Source: Lama glama (Eukaryota). From it: DNA of 64,000 bases. The translations under genes and the position numbers were made by a program. Numbering within the stretch: position 1 is the stretch's first letter; each line of letters begins with the position of its first letter. The notes beneath the pieces were generated by a model. That model was not told where the DNA came from, did no database searches, and saw nothing but the letters and a program-made list of their open reading frames with translations. Shown here one piece after another: positions 1 through 13,845 of this stretch. The stretch is from assembly GCA_028534125.1 (NCBI GenBank), contig CM052817.1:38256001-38320000 (forward strand), given 5' to 3'.

Positions 1-420
1 TCCTGTCATCTGTGTTTTCACAGGACATGCACTGCAGAACTTTTTACCTGTGTGAACCTTTTTATTTGTTCCTAAGCTAGTTTTATGTGGCTGATGTGCC
101 CATGTGCCTCAAACTCAGTTCAGTGCTAAATATATTAAGCCAATTTTTATAACTATAATTGAGTATCTAAGAATAATATGCACCATGCAATAGGATGCCA
201 GAGTGGCAGAGAGAGAGGTACCTTGTCTCAGGACTTTTCAGGGACCTCTGTGAGGCACAACTGACAAAACTTGACCTATTCTTCTTCCACATGGCATGGG
301 ATCAGGAGTTCCTACCTTCAGAATAACATCTGGAGATAATCCGTAAATGCATACATATTGCCTAGGATAGATATTAGCAAGTCAGCATGAAGCATATTTA
401 GCTGACTACATTAGCTGACT

Positions 421-710
421 TACCTAGGGGCATTTAGGCACTTATTCCATTAAAAAATATTCAAACAATGGCAATCACTTTATTTTATGTAACGTAGAGT
501 CACATCCCTTCCCTCGCAGAGCTTACACTCTACTTGGGGAAAACACATGAAATGAATAAGTAAAATGTATAGTATAACAGGTGGTGTTAAGTTCCACAGA
601 CAAAATAAAGCAGAAATCGATGGAGTGCAATTGCAGAAAGAGGACCACAATTTTTAAAAGGTTGGTCTGATCAAATTCACTGAGAAGATGACATCTGAGC
701 AAGGACCACT
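421..710 (-). mobile_element. L2 LINE 3' fragment (degenerate)
   Basis: L2-type motifs 'gcttacactctacttgggga' and 'ttcactgagaagatgacatctgagcaagga'; boundaries approximate. Confidence 0.65.
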
Positions 711-799
711 GACACCTGACACCTGAGTACTCAGCGCATCGTCATCGTACCAACCACCGCCGCTATGGTGGGCAACATTCTCATCATCAATGTGTATAT

Positions 800-1005
800 A
801 GTCATTACGATTAAAACACATTTCTACAACCATCATTGGATTTTATTCTTTGAGGTAAGTATTCTTTTTCATATTAACTCTATACGTGAAATAATGAAGT
901 GACAAGTGCTTAAATAACCTGTTCACCGTCGCTCCCTTGTGAGAGGTGAGCTAGGACTGGACTTCAACTCCTGGTCGTTTGGCCCTCAAACGTGCACAGT
1001 TATTA
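800..1005 (-). mobile_element. MIR SINE fragment
   Basis: Diverged MIR core 'tgaggtaagtatt...taaataacctgttcaccgtc...gagctaggactggacttcaactcc'. Confidence 0.6.
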
Positions 1006-1489
1006 CGACACATGGTGAATACGGAGGAAGCTCACCACAGCTGGACGTGGGTGTTAGGTGCCAAACTCAGCTAAGGGACACCAAGAGGAAAAGCAGAAGA
1101 ATGTTGGGTAATTTTGCCCAATTTGCTATTTTGCTATGATTTGGCTGTATGTGACTATATCTCTAATTCAGCAGAGATTATGCAAAGTACACGTCATAAA
1201 ATGTTAATTATAATAACTAAATCCAGTTTCACACTTGTTTCTTACTCTGCTCAGCGAATCTTGGGAACTTGGACCTAAATAGATTGCCCATCTCCCCCCA
1301 CCCCACCCCCACTTCCATTACTAGAGAAATGGCCTTTGAATGTAACTTTTTAGCTCTAATCCTGCTATCAGGCAAGTTCGTCCCAATTCCTCAATTTCAG
1401 TTAGTCTTTTCTCTCACCTTTATACTTTCAACCAGATTGCTTGACTTACCAGATTTTTATGTATGTCTCTCTCTTCCACTGAGTTAAAA

Positions 1490-3104
1490 ATATTTACATG
1501 GCAAGTTCAATGTATTTTACATAAACATTGCATGCTACATAAATCTGAATACAAAGCTTTACTAATGATACATTTTTTTACAAATACTGGTTGAATAAAA
1601 ATCCAGTCACAACTATAGCAAACAACCTCATTTCCCCAACAAGACTCTACACTGTATTGCAATATGTCCAGTCACTGTCTACTTGTTCCCATATATTTTT
1701 GCAGCAACTAACTAGTGTACATAGAAGAAAAATAAATCAGAGATTACAAAAAATGCATGATATTTAAAAATTATCAACTAGTTAAATAGTGGCATTTGCA
1801 CCTAATTTATAAAGTGGTCAATGAATTTATAGTCATTTAATCCTAAAATGAAATTGTTCTAATTTTTCTTTGAAAAATGACTTGTGAAGCAAAGAGAAAT
1901 AAAGATTTTAGCTCACAGTTGAACTAGGATAAGAAATAATAGTACAGACTTCTTTCAAATTCATATTACCAAAAAGAATGGAAAACTGAACACAGGGTAG
2001 GTATTTGCAGTGTATCATTTTCCACACCTTAATGATTTTGCATCGATTAAATGGAAACCTTTGAAAATGTGCATTTAATGAGATAGAACTAACATCTACA
2101 GTTTAATATACTATATAAGCAAACAAACATTAAGACATTCTTCTGTAATACAGATTCACAATATATTTTGAAATCTCCATAGAATGAGGCTGATAATTTC
2201 AAAGCCATTTAAAATTTGTCTTATACAGATTCTTCAAAACACTCTCAGCGGGATTATCAGTTTCTTCTCATGGGCCTCAAAATTCATGCTATAAAAAAGT
2301 CTGTATGAGAAATACTTACTGAAAGTTTACATGTTTTTTCCAATGTGTGGTTTTTTTTTTAAGATTTAAAATGAAATTTACTAGGCAAAGACACTGAGCA
2401 CAAGAGAGCACACGTGTTTGATGTTCATTTCCCAGTGTTACAGCACAGACACCTACTTTTTGGAAGTCAGTCTAACTTACACAAAGACTACTTTTACATT
2501 CAGAAGGGATTTTCCAGTATTAAGGTAAATCTCCATATATTTCTACCTATAGAACATTTTCTTTCTATCCAAAACTTGCCCTTCACCCTTCCTCTTGATT
2601 ATCATACAGACTCCCATTTTTGTCCATAGAGCAATGATATAAACGTTGCGTGCAGTCAATATTTTTGTTTAAAAAAATCAAAGCCCAAGGAAAAGTGATT
2701 TAGGGCCATTTAGTTTATAAAATAGTGTTTAAATTAAATGTGCCAATGATTAGAGCATGAAAATAATTTTGTTATATGGAAATTTTGGTTAAGGCATTTG
2801 TTTTAACTGATAGACTTACTCTGTTATTAGACTGTCTGGAATTTTAATCTTAAGCTACAAACAAAACAAACACTAAAGTATAAAAATAAGCAGATGTCCA
2901 CTGACCATAACTAGAATTTATCCAAGAGAAATCTGCTTACATGTAATTTTATTATCTAGGTTACTTTTACTTTTAATGGTCAATCTTTTTAAAGTAACAG
3001 ATCATTTTCATGACCATCATTATAAGACCTGATCTTTACACAAAGTGTAGGAAGTAAGTTTCTCATTCCTCTTGCCATCATCCAGTTTGGTAGCTCACGA
3101 GTTC
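1490..3104 (-). other. Candidate terminal exon / 3' UTR-like region of an unidentified minus-strand gene
   Basis: About 1.6 kb with no recognisable repeat and AU-rich on the minus strand. Weak acceptor (ccatttaataaatag|GAAC) at 3104. The phase-1 frame reads (G)TRELPNWMMARGMRNLLPTLCVKIRSYNDGHENDLLL* to 2989. The 3' end is not well defined. Confidence 0.3.
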
Positions 3105-3953
3105 CTATTTATTAAATGGAACTGTGACAATTTAATGAGATTTTGTCAGATCTTGCAAAAATCCATACATAATTGTCATATAGAGTAAAATGAATGCTAC
3201 ACACAGTCCTGCAATATTTCTTCAAAGAAAAGTTAACTACAAAAGAGCAATAGAAGGTGCTTATATATATTATTTAAAAGCTTACATTGTTTATCTGTGA
3301 GATGCTATATGCATGCATCATCATCATTAATTAGTATTTCTTCAAACCCCATATCGTCCCTGCAATGCCAATAATTATTTTAATATCAAATAAAGATTAA
3401 GATAATAAATTATATTGGCTTAGTCATCTCTAATTTATCTAGAGAATAAATTTCCTATGGAAATAAGTTATCCATTTGACAAAGACTGTAAATAAAAATG
3501 ACACTATCACCATTATCAGAAAATTATAGGCTGTTAAAGCTAAAAGAGGTCTTAGATACAATCTGGTACAGTTTTTTGTTTTCAAATACAGCCAAAGTCA
3601 TTAAAAAGCTTGCTCAACAGATGAAACTAGTTAGTGATGAAGTCAAGCTTAGATCTCTTAATCTAATATGATATTCTTTCCATTAAACAAAGCTACCTTC
3701 CTAAGGTAATAATTATACTAATATCTGCTGATGATCAAGTAGTTCTTATGCACCTCCCTCTTTTAAGAAGAAGAAAGAGGATGAGGAGGAGGAAGAGGGG
3801 GAAGAGAAGAAGAAACTGGCATTTACCAGCTTATATTGCTAAGATTTTTATTTTTCTTAAACTCAGTGCAGTCTGAGACAGAGCACAAACCAAAAAGATA
3901 AGTAAAAACTGAGGTTTCTTCTTACATTTAGATCAACAGCTAGGTATGGAATA

Positions 3954-4353
3954 TCTTATGAGCTGAATTGTGTCACTCCCCCAAAATTCATGTAGCTGCC
4001 CTATACCTCAGAACTTGATTGCATTTAGAGATTGGATCTTTAAAAAGAGTATTGCATTAAAAAAGGTCATTAGGGAGGGCCCTAACCCAGCAGACTGGTA
4101 CCCTTACAAGAAGAGGACATCTGGACACAGGCACATACAGCGGGAAGAGCATGTGAAGACAGGGCAGAGACGGCCTCCTACATCCAATGACAGGCACAGC
4201 ACAGGGTCCGCTTCACAAGCCTCAGAGGGAAACAACCTTGCTAGCACCTGCTCTCAGACTCCTAGGTGCTGGAACAGTGAGAAAACAAATTTCTGTAGTT
4301 CAAGCTGCACAGTCTGTCGCACTTTGTTATGACAGCCCCAGAAAGCTAATACA
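3954..4353 (+). mobile_element. Solo MaLR LTR (MLT1B-like) with 5-bp target-site duplication GAATA
   Basis: Starts 'tcttatgagctgaattgtgtc' and ends 'ttgttatgacagccccagaaagctaataca'; GAATA at 3949-3953 and 4354-4358. Confidence 0.9.
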
Positions 4354-4774
4354 GAATATAAAGTTAAAATGGCTCATCTTTTGCATTCCATCTGCGAAAG
4401 GAAAGGAAGATTCCTCAGGAGCATGGAAGGTAAAATAGGAAGTTATTAAATTTCTTCTGAGTTTAGCAGTGACCTCTATTTGCATTCTTGATTTACCCTG
4501 TGGCCTCAACTATAGAATATAAGCAAAATACGTTACTATAATTCAATCAAAATAAACATTTTTAATATCATTATTTTAAAATTATCCCTCAATTGATATA
4601 CATGACTCTCTGGCCCTTTGTTTGTGTCAGATAATCAAATCCTGACTGTACTTATGCAAATGCAAAGAGATAAATACATCAAGAGATATAGTGAATATAA
4701 AAATAGGTGACAATTACATTTTAAATAATCACTACTCTTTTATTTCATTGAAGAAAGAATTAGTCACAACTAAA

Positions 4775-4885
4775 TTATAAATTCTCTGAGGGACAGAACT
4801 ATGTCTTCCTGATCTTGGACAGCAGTATGAAACTTAGGCTCACCTTAGACTTAGTAGGGGCTCAATAAACATTTGTTAAATAAAC
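4775..4885 (+). mobile_element. L2 3' end fragment
   Basis: 'tgagggacagaactatgtctt...tagtagggggctcaataaacatttgttaaataaa'. Confidence 0.6.
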
Positions 4886-4961
4886 ATAAAAGTATATCAC
4901 AAAAATTCTTATGGTCCACATTAAAACACTGAAGTAAGATGTTTTAAAATATAGGTTTTAT

Positions 4962-5554
4962 TGTTATTTAGGTATGGCAAGGCTAACAGATCAGGAGATC
5001 ACTGCAGTTGCAAAGATAGTTTGTCACACTCACAGATCCCAGGAGGAAGGGGCAGGGTATGCCACACCATGGTGGGGAAGGGGACACACACAGAGGTGGG
5101 GGACCAGCACCAGGGCTGGTCAGAAGGCAGAGGGAGTGGGATGGGAGAAGCTGGGGAGATGAGGGCAAGAGCCTTTACTGTGTTTCCATGGGAAAGAATG
5201 AGAGAGGCACTAAAAGGAGGTTTAGGATTGGCTCATTTGAATAATTTCAGCAGGCTTTGGTGTATAATGCCTGTCAGAGGTTGTCTGGTAGCTGGCCCTG
5301 GGATGATGAGGGCAAGTGGATAGTAGCTTAAAGTTTAAGAGTCCCTTGGAGGAGGTCTAAGATTCCCACGGAGGAGGTGGTTGGGGGTGTGGCTTCAGAT
5401 GGGTTTGTTTGCATTTGAAAGGAGTGCTCCAGGGAAAATCCTTTACCAACTTGAGAAATTGGCTAATCCATTGTAGGGCTGGCCCTCCAGGATTGGCAGG
5501 GCGCCTGAGGTCAAAGCATCACAATGCAGAAAATAAAAAGCCATGGTTAATGCA
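4962..5554 (-). mobile_element. Solo ERVL-class LTR (MER74-like)
   Basis: TG...CA termini; the minus strand begins 'tgcattaaccatggctttttattttctgcattgtgatgctttgac', resembling MER74-family LTR starts; a GC-richer block that explains the ORFs at 4961-5323. Confidence 0.7.
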
Positions 5555-6595
5555 AAGGAACTGCTTTATTTCCTAGTAATTTGCCATTTTTCTTAGTAAT
5601 TAGCAAATTGAGCGATATTTCTGACTTTTTTTTCAGCTTGTCCCATAACATATTAGCCTTATCTTCTATGTGGCATTGATGCTGATAACACAGCTGCACT
5701 AAAATCTGTATGAATCTTGGTAAATTCCTAATTTTGTAACTGCTTAATGAACACAATGGTCAATTTTTCCTTTTTTGGAAATGACTTACTCCAATAAATA
5801 GATACATGAATTTATTTAATATGACTTGTTGTTAAATAAATTATTTTTGTGCACTAAATATGAATCAAAAGACATCACAGAAAGTCTTTTTAAGGTTGGT
5901 TGTTTTTGACTGATTCAAAAGACACAGTAGCAGTTATTTCCTGATTACACTATGCAAATGTCTTGGAGCCAATTTTGAGAGCTCATTATCTATTTACTTT
6001 TATTGAATATTGGACAGGGTATAAAGAATTCTATTCTTGTTTCTGCCTTTGCCTGAGATTTAGGTCAGATGCCTTTGCTTCTTTAGCCTCTGGATGATTT
6101 CTTTTCAATGTAACACTCAGAAAAACACTAGCCATATTGGTAATAGATTCTTCAAAGCACTGAGATTCCAGAATTTACTGAAACAGAACATGGTTCTGGA
6201 TTTTTGGTAGTCAATCTGTCCCAAAGCTGCTGAGTGAGAAATAGAGTATATCTAAGTCTCCAATTAAAGATGATAGGGATCATGTCTGAGTCTCAACTCC
6301 ATGGGCACCATTCCTCTCTTCTGGGTGACCCCCAGGCAAGTTGAGAAATAATCAACAAGAACAGAAATGTGCAGTATTGAATCATAAAGCTGACTGCCAT
6401 TTCATTAGACAGATGTTAGAAACAACTATCTAAAAATGATGCTGCCTTCCTTCTTCAGCTTCATGTCAGCCTGGAATAACAGAAGTCCTGAGTAGGAAGT
6501 GGTAAGGGGATTCGGAAAGTTAGCACCTCGTCAATGACTAGAGTCAAGACCTAACGAAATGAACCAACAGCATTAGGTTCTTGTCTTGAACTCAC

Positions 6596-6652
6596 CAGTA
6601 ATTTTATCAACAGTCTCTCCTTAAGGGAAATATTTATCTTTATAATTTTAAC
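6596..6652 (-). other. Candidate 57-nt exon (alternative inner acceptor at 6619 gives 24 nt)
   Basis: Acceptor 'ccctcttctttag|GTTAAA', near-consensus donor 'CTG|gtgagtt', second acceptor 'tttcccttaag|GAGAG'. Confidence 0.45.
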
Positions 6653-7631
6653 CTAAAGAAGAGGGTTTTCAGTAGCAAATATCAAGTAGGCAGAGGATAT
6701 CCCATAACTGCCTATGGTAGATACACTAGTAATTAAATGCCAACTGTAATTTAAGTTTAAACAAGAAGCTTCAGGAGACTCCTTGCTCTCACTGATCCAG
6801 TTGAACAAGGTGTCCCATATATTGTGAGAACACACATACACACACAGAGATAAAATTAAAATTGATGTTCATACTAGTGAGGAAGAAAAAGGGGAAAAAA
6901 AACCCACACACTTCTGTATTGTTAAATTGACTGTCACGGAGTTTTCTTCAGGTTTAAAATAAGCTGGTACCACTTAGAGAATTTCTTTTCCCATAACCAT
7001 TAGAAGGTCTAAAGAAGTCACAGGTCAGTTGAAGAACGCACCCCTTTAGTTTTTCAAATGGTGCCAAAAAGTGTTAAGAAAGAAGAATATTAAATTGCAC
7101 GAGGCTGTTCTCTAAATCATTGAAACAGCTGAATTAAAACCACTAAGTCAAGCAGAATCTTACTCAGAAGCAGTTGTACCATATTACATGTGCAAGTCTA
7201 ATGAACATTATTCAATGTGGTATTTGGCTCTAAAATAAAGTATCAGAAGACTAGTTCAAAATTACTTCTCTAACTAAATCACTGCTGTAGTTCTTCTTAA
7301 ATCAGGGCTAAGCTAGGGCTTTGAACGTGCAAGATTGTCCCAATCGGTGAGAAGAGGGTGGAGATGAGGCAAGTTATTACAAACCTACGCCGCACTCCTG
7401 GCCTGCCCTGGTGCTGGTTACTAGGGATTTAGATCGGGATGAGAGTGTGGTGTGACTGAGATGGTGTGTAGTGTAGAAATTTCTGCTTGGGAGGTGAGAC
7501 AAAGGGAGTGTAGATTTTGGATAAAGCCTCATAGGAATGTAAACCATAGTCCCAGTTCTTAGCAATAGTGTTCTATGTTAATACCTGCTCTTATTTTAAA
7601 GAACAACCTCAAATATCTCTTTGATCTAGAT

Positions 7632-7943
7632 CAGCGCTGTCCAGTAGAAATACATGAGCCAAATATTTAATTTAGCATCATCTAGTACTTGCATCAATAA
7701 AAGTAAAAAGAAACAGGTGACATTAATGTTAATTATCCATTGTACTTACTAGATCATAGACATTCTCATTTCAACATATGTTGAAAATATTAGAGATATT
7801 TTACATTCTTTTTCTCAGTACAAAGTTTTTGAAGTCGAGTGTCTTTTATACGTAGAGTACATCTCCATTCAGATTAATCACACTTCAAGTGCTCAATAGC
7901 TACATGTGGTCAGTGGTTACCATGTGTGGCTATTGACAATGCA
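7632..7943. mobile_element. hAT-Charlie DNA transposon (MER33-like)
   Basis: Terminus 'cagcgctgtccagtagaaa'; internal 'aaagaaacaggtga' and 'ttcaagtgctcaatagctacatgtgg'. Confidence 0.8.
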
Positions 7944-8478
7944 TATCAAGATACTGGAATCTATTACTGGGGAATACCTGGAAGGCAAACGTATGTTTAA
8001 AAAAACCAGAAACCAAAAAACAGTGAAGCTGAATGAATGCCTAATGGCATATCAATTAACCTAAAACTTCTACTCTTCATATCGCCCACTTATTTGTTGT
8101 CAAATTTGGAGTTGTAGAGACCAGGAAGTTGATGTGAAAGACCTTTGGACTATACTATTGGCTCAGTTCAATTTCTTTGCTAGTGGATCTGAAGTATGAT
8201 TATGATAGCTAGCTAGCTAGCTAGATAATGGCATGTCTAGTTAGACCATAAGGATATTTAAAGTGTAGGTTATGCTTGTTTGAATTATAGGAGAAGAAAA
8301 TATCCTTTTCAAGGAAAGTAGATAAGAGTCAAGGAGAAGTAATAATTCTGAGTATCTGAGGGTCTGTCACTGAAAAGGTCTTTTGCCTTATGCACTCAAA
8401 CCTGAGATACAGAACAAAGGCAGCAATGAAAAAAGAATAAAACCTGAAGGAAGTGGCATTGGTAATTTCACTGAGGAT

Positions 8479-8978
8479 NNNNNNNNNNNNNNNNNNNNNN
8501 NNNNNNNNNNNNNNNNNNNNNNNNNNNNNNNNNNNNNNNNNNNNNNNNNNNNNNNNNNNNNNNNNNNNNNNNNNNNNNNNNNNNNNNNNNNNNNNNNNNN
8601 NNNNNNNNNNNNNNNNNNNNNNNNNNNNNNNNNNNNNNNNNNNNNNNNNNNNNNNNNNNNNNNNNNNNNNNNNNNNNNNNNNNNNNNNNNNNNNNNNNNN
8701 NNNNNNNNNNNNNNNNNNNNNNNNNNNNNNNNNNNNNNNNNNNNNNNNNNNNNNNNNNNNNNNNNNNNNNNNNNNNNNNNNNNNNNNNNNNNNNNNNNNN
8801 NNNNNNNNNNNNNNNNNNNNNNNNNNNNNNNNNNNNNNNNNNNNNNNNNNNNNNNNNNNNNNNNNNNNNNNNNNNNNNNNNNNNNNNNNNNNNNNNNNNN
8901 NNNNNNNNNNNNNNNNNNNNNNNNNNNNNNNNNNNNNNNNNNNNNNNNNNNNNNNNNNNNNNNNNNNNNNNNNNNNNN
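8479..8978. other. Assembly gap (500 N)
   Basis: Run of N. Confidence 1.
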
Positions 8979-11900
8979 GAGGCATCTGGTTGCTGAGCGA
9001 GTCTTAAACTCAGAGCTCAACTTTAAAGAGAAGCAAACAGGTTCCCAAAATATTTTAGGAAGTACATAACAATCACAACTACTCTTAATGTATCTCTTTT
9101 GAACTACTGATTTATAATTGTTCATTCAAAGGGAATAAAAACTAAGATCTTAATCTAAAATTGCATTCTCATTTCTGGAATCTTGGTGAATGAGAAGAAG
9201 ATAAAAGGTAAGATAGTCGATGATTGTAAATATTGCTCTGCTAGACGAACTTCTTGGCAAGAGATTGTACTTTACATAAGGCAAAATAAAGTGAAAGGTC
9301 AGTTCACGGAGCAATCTGAATTAAAATTTTAGGGCCTTGCAGATGCCTAGAGTTATAAGAAACTGCCCAATTTAAGCACAGGGTAGCACAATTCTAACTT
9401 CATAGAAGGTACTGAATAAATGCTTGTTAAGGAAGGATGAGACTATGTGCTGATTTGTCAAACTCGTGTATACTGAGTAACTTTCTAAGCTTTCCTATAT
9501 AATCCAAGGAAGAGTAGAATACCGTTCAAAATCTATGTCTCCCCTATGTGTGTAATTTCTTACTAGATTGACAGATAACCAAAAAATACACATCAAGAGG
9601 AAAAGAGACTTAGAGAGGCAGCCAAAGAAACGCCAGACAGTGAGAAAAGCAAAGGAAAACAGACAGCCATTCAGATGAACTGCTAATAAGAGAGATGCCA
9701 AGATTTCCGTCTGGGCAGTGTGGTAACACTATATGTAGACATATCCTAAGCATTTTAATAGCCAGGTTTCACTAGAAGCTGAAAACAGTAGGTGCTAGAC
9801 AACAGTGTGCTCATTATTATTTTTCCCTTGAGCCAAACACACATATAAAAGAAAAAAAAGGCTATCCATTGGAACAAACCCAAAAGGAAAATTTTTTAAT
9901 GAACCTAATAAATTCTAAGTAAATGATACTATTCCTAGGGTAATTAGTGTCCTAGAACATCTGTTATCTCACCAGGGAAAACTAAATCTAATTTTAACTC
10001 CTGATATTCTTAAACATTTAAAAACCTGCAAATGACACCCTCATGCCATGAAGAAATCTACAGCGCAAGGTAATTGCAATCGCAAAGCTAAATGGAGCTT
10101 GGAGAGGCAAGCATTTTCTCAGACGTTGCTATTAGACATTAATTTGCTATTAATCAACGCAGATTTTGGCAGCTGGGCTGCATACCTGTTAACAGAAAAT
10201 GGAATCCTAAGTCCTCATTATATATACGTGACGTAAGAGGCATAAAAACACAGTGAGACCACAAGGATGGTTCACTGTGTATTTCCTTTAACAACTTGTG
10301 TAATCTACCTTAGGTTCTGTTATTACGTAAAATCTGGTGAGATGGAGTGCTGAGGACCTGCACCAGGAGAATGCAAGAAAACACCTCCTGACCCAAGCAT
10401 CTCTTCTTTTAACCAATAAAAGAACAGGAGTGCTTTAGGCAATAAATGTTTCAAGCTCTGCAGTGATGTGAAATATAGCTTAGGACAAGAAAAGAAATTC
10501 TCTGTAGAAAGTCAATCTTTACTTGTGGTAGAAACTACTAATTGTCTCCCAATATGCATATTCTCATTCTTTTAAATAGTAATATAAGCCAGATTTTTAT
10601 ATGGGCACATGAGAGGTCAGAGAACATATGGTGAGAAAACAAAAATAGATGAATCACAGGCTAATAAAGTTCAGGAACAGGGTGGAAAAAATAAAAACAT
10701 CAGAGAAATAAAGGCAAAATTGGAATGAACTAAATTTTAAGACAGTGCATCAGAAAACATAAAAGAAAAATTTTTTAAAGAGTTAACTGAGTTTTATTAA
10801 ACGATAAATATGGAAATCAGACAAAGGAACACACAAAATATTAAAATATAAATCACAAAGATGTTTTCCAGAAATTAAGGAAGAATTAGATCTATGGATA
10901 CAAAAGACACACTATACAGCAAGACCATTTCACAATGAAATGTATCCTAATCATACTATTGCATTTTTCAGATAAAGAAAAAATTCTTTGGGTGGCCAGG
11001 CATGATCAAATCATTTTCAAGCAGCTAAAATTCAGTGTGATCTCAGTTTTCCCACCACAATATTCAACATTAAAAAAAGTAGAAAAAATGGTGACAAAGG
11101 CCACAAAGACATAAAATGTGATCTAATAGTTCTCCACCCATATTTTTGAACAAACGAAACCAAGAAATATTGCTATGAGCTCATCGTGAAGAAGTGACTT
11201 GAGTAATATTACTTGCCAAACAGCAAAGAATGGGAAAACTATAGCAAAATGATTTGAAGTGAACACTGAATCTATGTAACTAAAACATATGGGAAGCAGG
11301 GTTATAGAACTTTTATAAATGTTATACAACCTGTCAGTATAATAATCTAACAAAATGGGCATGAGAAGAAAGAAAAGATGGGAAAAATTTTTAAACATAC
11401 ATTTACTTTTCCCTTACAGCTAGCTGAAAAAAACTCTATCACTTGAAATTGATCAGATAGAGAAATTTAAGTTTATTTAACAACATATAGGTATGCATTA
11501 AGAAATACAACATTGTCAACCAAATTGGGTGTGGAGAAGAAAAGCTAGCAAGAGAAATATCCCAACATAATCTTTGCTCCTTCTAAGGAGTAAACAGATA
11601 TTGTGTAAAATATTGAGAATTAAGAATTTTATACAAAGTACTAGTTTAAAGCTACCTCCTCATGTAAAAGTAAATTTTCCCATATTATTAGAAGAAATAT
11701 ATGCAATTCAAAGGAAACACAAGTCCAAAAAATCAAATATTGAAAAAAAAAATAGCCTATACAAACTGAAAGCATAATGTAAAACAACATGACAGAATTA
11801 TCATATCAATCATATCAATATATTGTAAATGGCTAAACTCAACTATTATATACAAAAGAAACTAACAAATTAGAAAATGAAGTGAAACTCAATTACATGT

Positions 11901-12564
11901 TGAACCTGAGAGATGAACTAAAACAAAGAGAAAACTAAAGACTAAAATCAATTGCGTAAAAATCCTCAATATATTCCAAAAGACAAGAATCAGCATATGT
12001 AGTATTTTCTGATAATCATTTAATAAAATTAGAATTAACAAGAAAATAATAAAAAAGATCCAAGAAACTGGACTTTTAAAAAAATTAAATTAACTTTCTC
12101 TTCAGAAACATGAGTCAAAGATGGTATCAAAACTAAGATTTTAGAACTGACATAAAAATATCAGTATTTGAATAACTATCTAGCAAAACTCATGGGAGAG
12201 ACCTTACAGAACCTAAAAGAATATTCCTACTTTAAATATTCATATTAAGCTGATAAAATTAAAATAAACAATTACATATAAAGAACTTTGAAAAAGGGCA
12301 ATACAAAAGCTCAGGGAAGGTCATTTGAGAAATTAATAAAAACACAAATTGAAATAAATGAAATAGCAAAACAAAAAAATGATAAAACTATTAGAAATTA
12401 ACATTGGAAATAGTAATAAAATAATAAACCATTAGCTAAATAAAGTAAAAAAAAGATTCATAAGAAATTAGCTCAAATATATTTTAAAATTTGGATGAAG
12501 TAAATGATATTCTAGATAACATAATTTATTAAACGTCAGACAAAGAAAGAAATCTCAAGATTTC

Positions 12565-12750
12565 TTACACAGATGCTTGGAGACATTTTTTATTGCAGTG
12601 ACTGTGTGGGAGGGTACTCTCTGGCAGGTAAAGGCTAGAAATGCTGCTAAATATCCTTTTTTTTTTTTTTTAATACCAGTAAGGGTGCACAGGTCAGTGC
12701 CTGCAATAAGGAATTAACTATCCAGAAATGTTAATAGTGTTTAAGTTTAG
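12565..12750. mobile_element. MER20 (hAT-Charlie)
   Basis: 'ttggagacattttttattg...aggctagaaatgctgctaaatatcct...aaatgttaatagtg'. Confidence 0.75.
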
Positions 12751-12804
12751 GTGTGGCTAATTCTGCTGGTCTCTAACTACACTTTGAGTAGCAACATTCC
12801 AGAG

Positions 12805-12955
12805 CAAGAGTCAGCCAACTTTTTCTATAAAGAATCAGATAGCAAATATTTTAGGCTTTGTGGGCCACAAACAGTTGCATATTCTATGTTTGTTTTTCCA
12901 ACCTTTAAAAATATAAAAACTATTCTCTGTGCAAAGGCCTTACCAAAATAGACCC
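12805..12955. mobile_element. MER58B-like fragment
   Basis: 'gtcagccaactttttctataaagaatcagatagcaaatattttaggctttgtgggcca'. Confidence 0.8.
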
Positions 12956-13217
12956 ATTTGTAAATTATAGGAATATATATTTGTTGTGGAATATGAATGC
13001 AAAGAATATAAATTCTTCCCCTATATAATAAAAATTCATGTTTCTTGGTCTTAAACTAATTATCATGATTAATGGAAAATTCTAGGAGATCATTAATATC
13101 AGGGACAATGAAATGATCTTCACTATGACTACTATTGTGTCACACTTTCTAGTGATGATAGCCAATATAATGATACAAAAGAAATAGATTATTCTTGTAA
13201 AGGTTATCAAGCAGAAG

Positions 13218-13845
13218 TGTAGTAGAATCTAGCTGGATGATCACCATTTATTATTTTTTTTTAACTTTTCCTGGGTACATATATACACTACATTTTCCAA
13301 TAGGCAAGGCCATATATGAGTTCTGCAAGTAGGACAAACCCAGAAGTGAAGTGTACTGATCCCAAGACTGTCTAATAAAAGAATTCCAAGTGATTGTAAT
13401 TCTCTCTTCCCACATCTGCCAGCTGGATACAGAGAATCCAAGGTGGAATTCTGAAGCCCACAAACAGGAGTTGGCAAACCAGCTCATGGGCCAAAGCTGG
13501 CCCATGGCCTGTTGCTATCAATTAGGTTTTATTGCACAGCCATGCTCATTTATCTACGTCTTGTCTATGGCTGCTTACAAGCCATAACAAGAGTTGAGTA
13601 GTTCTGAGTGAGACTGTATGGTCAGCAAAGTGTAAAATATTCACGTCCAGCCTTGTAGGGAAAAATATCTGGACAATCCCTGCCCTGAGAATATGGAAAT
13701 AGAAGAAGCCTATGTCCCTGAATTACTCCCTGGGTAGAGCCAGCCCCACCCCATCACACTGCATTCGACTATCATAAAATAAAACTTTATTTTGTTAAGC
13801 CACTGAGATTTAGTGCTTATTTCAAAAGCTAGCTAAGGCTGACCA
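13218..13845 (+). mobile_element. MaLR LTR (MLT1I/J-like) split by MER58A
   Basis: 5' 'tgtagtaga...cactacattttcca...gccatat'; 3' 'aaataaaactttattttgttaagccactgagattt'. Confidence 0.7.
13465..13682. mobile_element. MER58A (hAT-Charlie), near full length
   Basis: Termini 'caggagttggcaaac' and 'ggacaatccctg'; internal 'cacagccatgctcattt...gtctatggctgctt'. Confidence 0.85.

Noticed and set aside
3970..5323. Two 120-aa ORFs
   Set aside because: Both lie inside solo LTRs, with no recognisable domain
8329..9125. Long ORFs here and at 31148-31738, 37717-37971 and 59650-60484
   Set aside because: Artefacts of translating through N gaps
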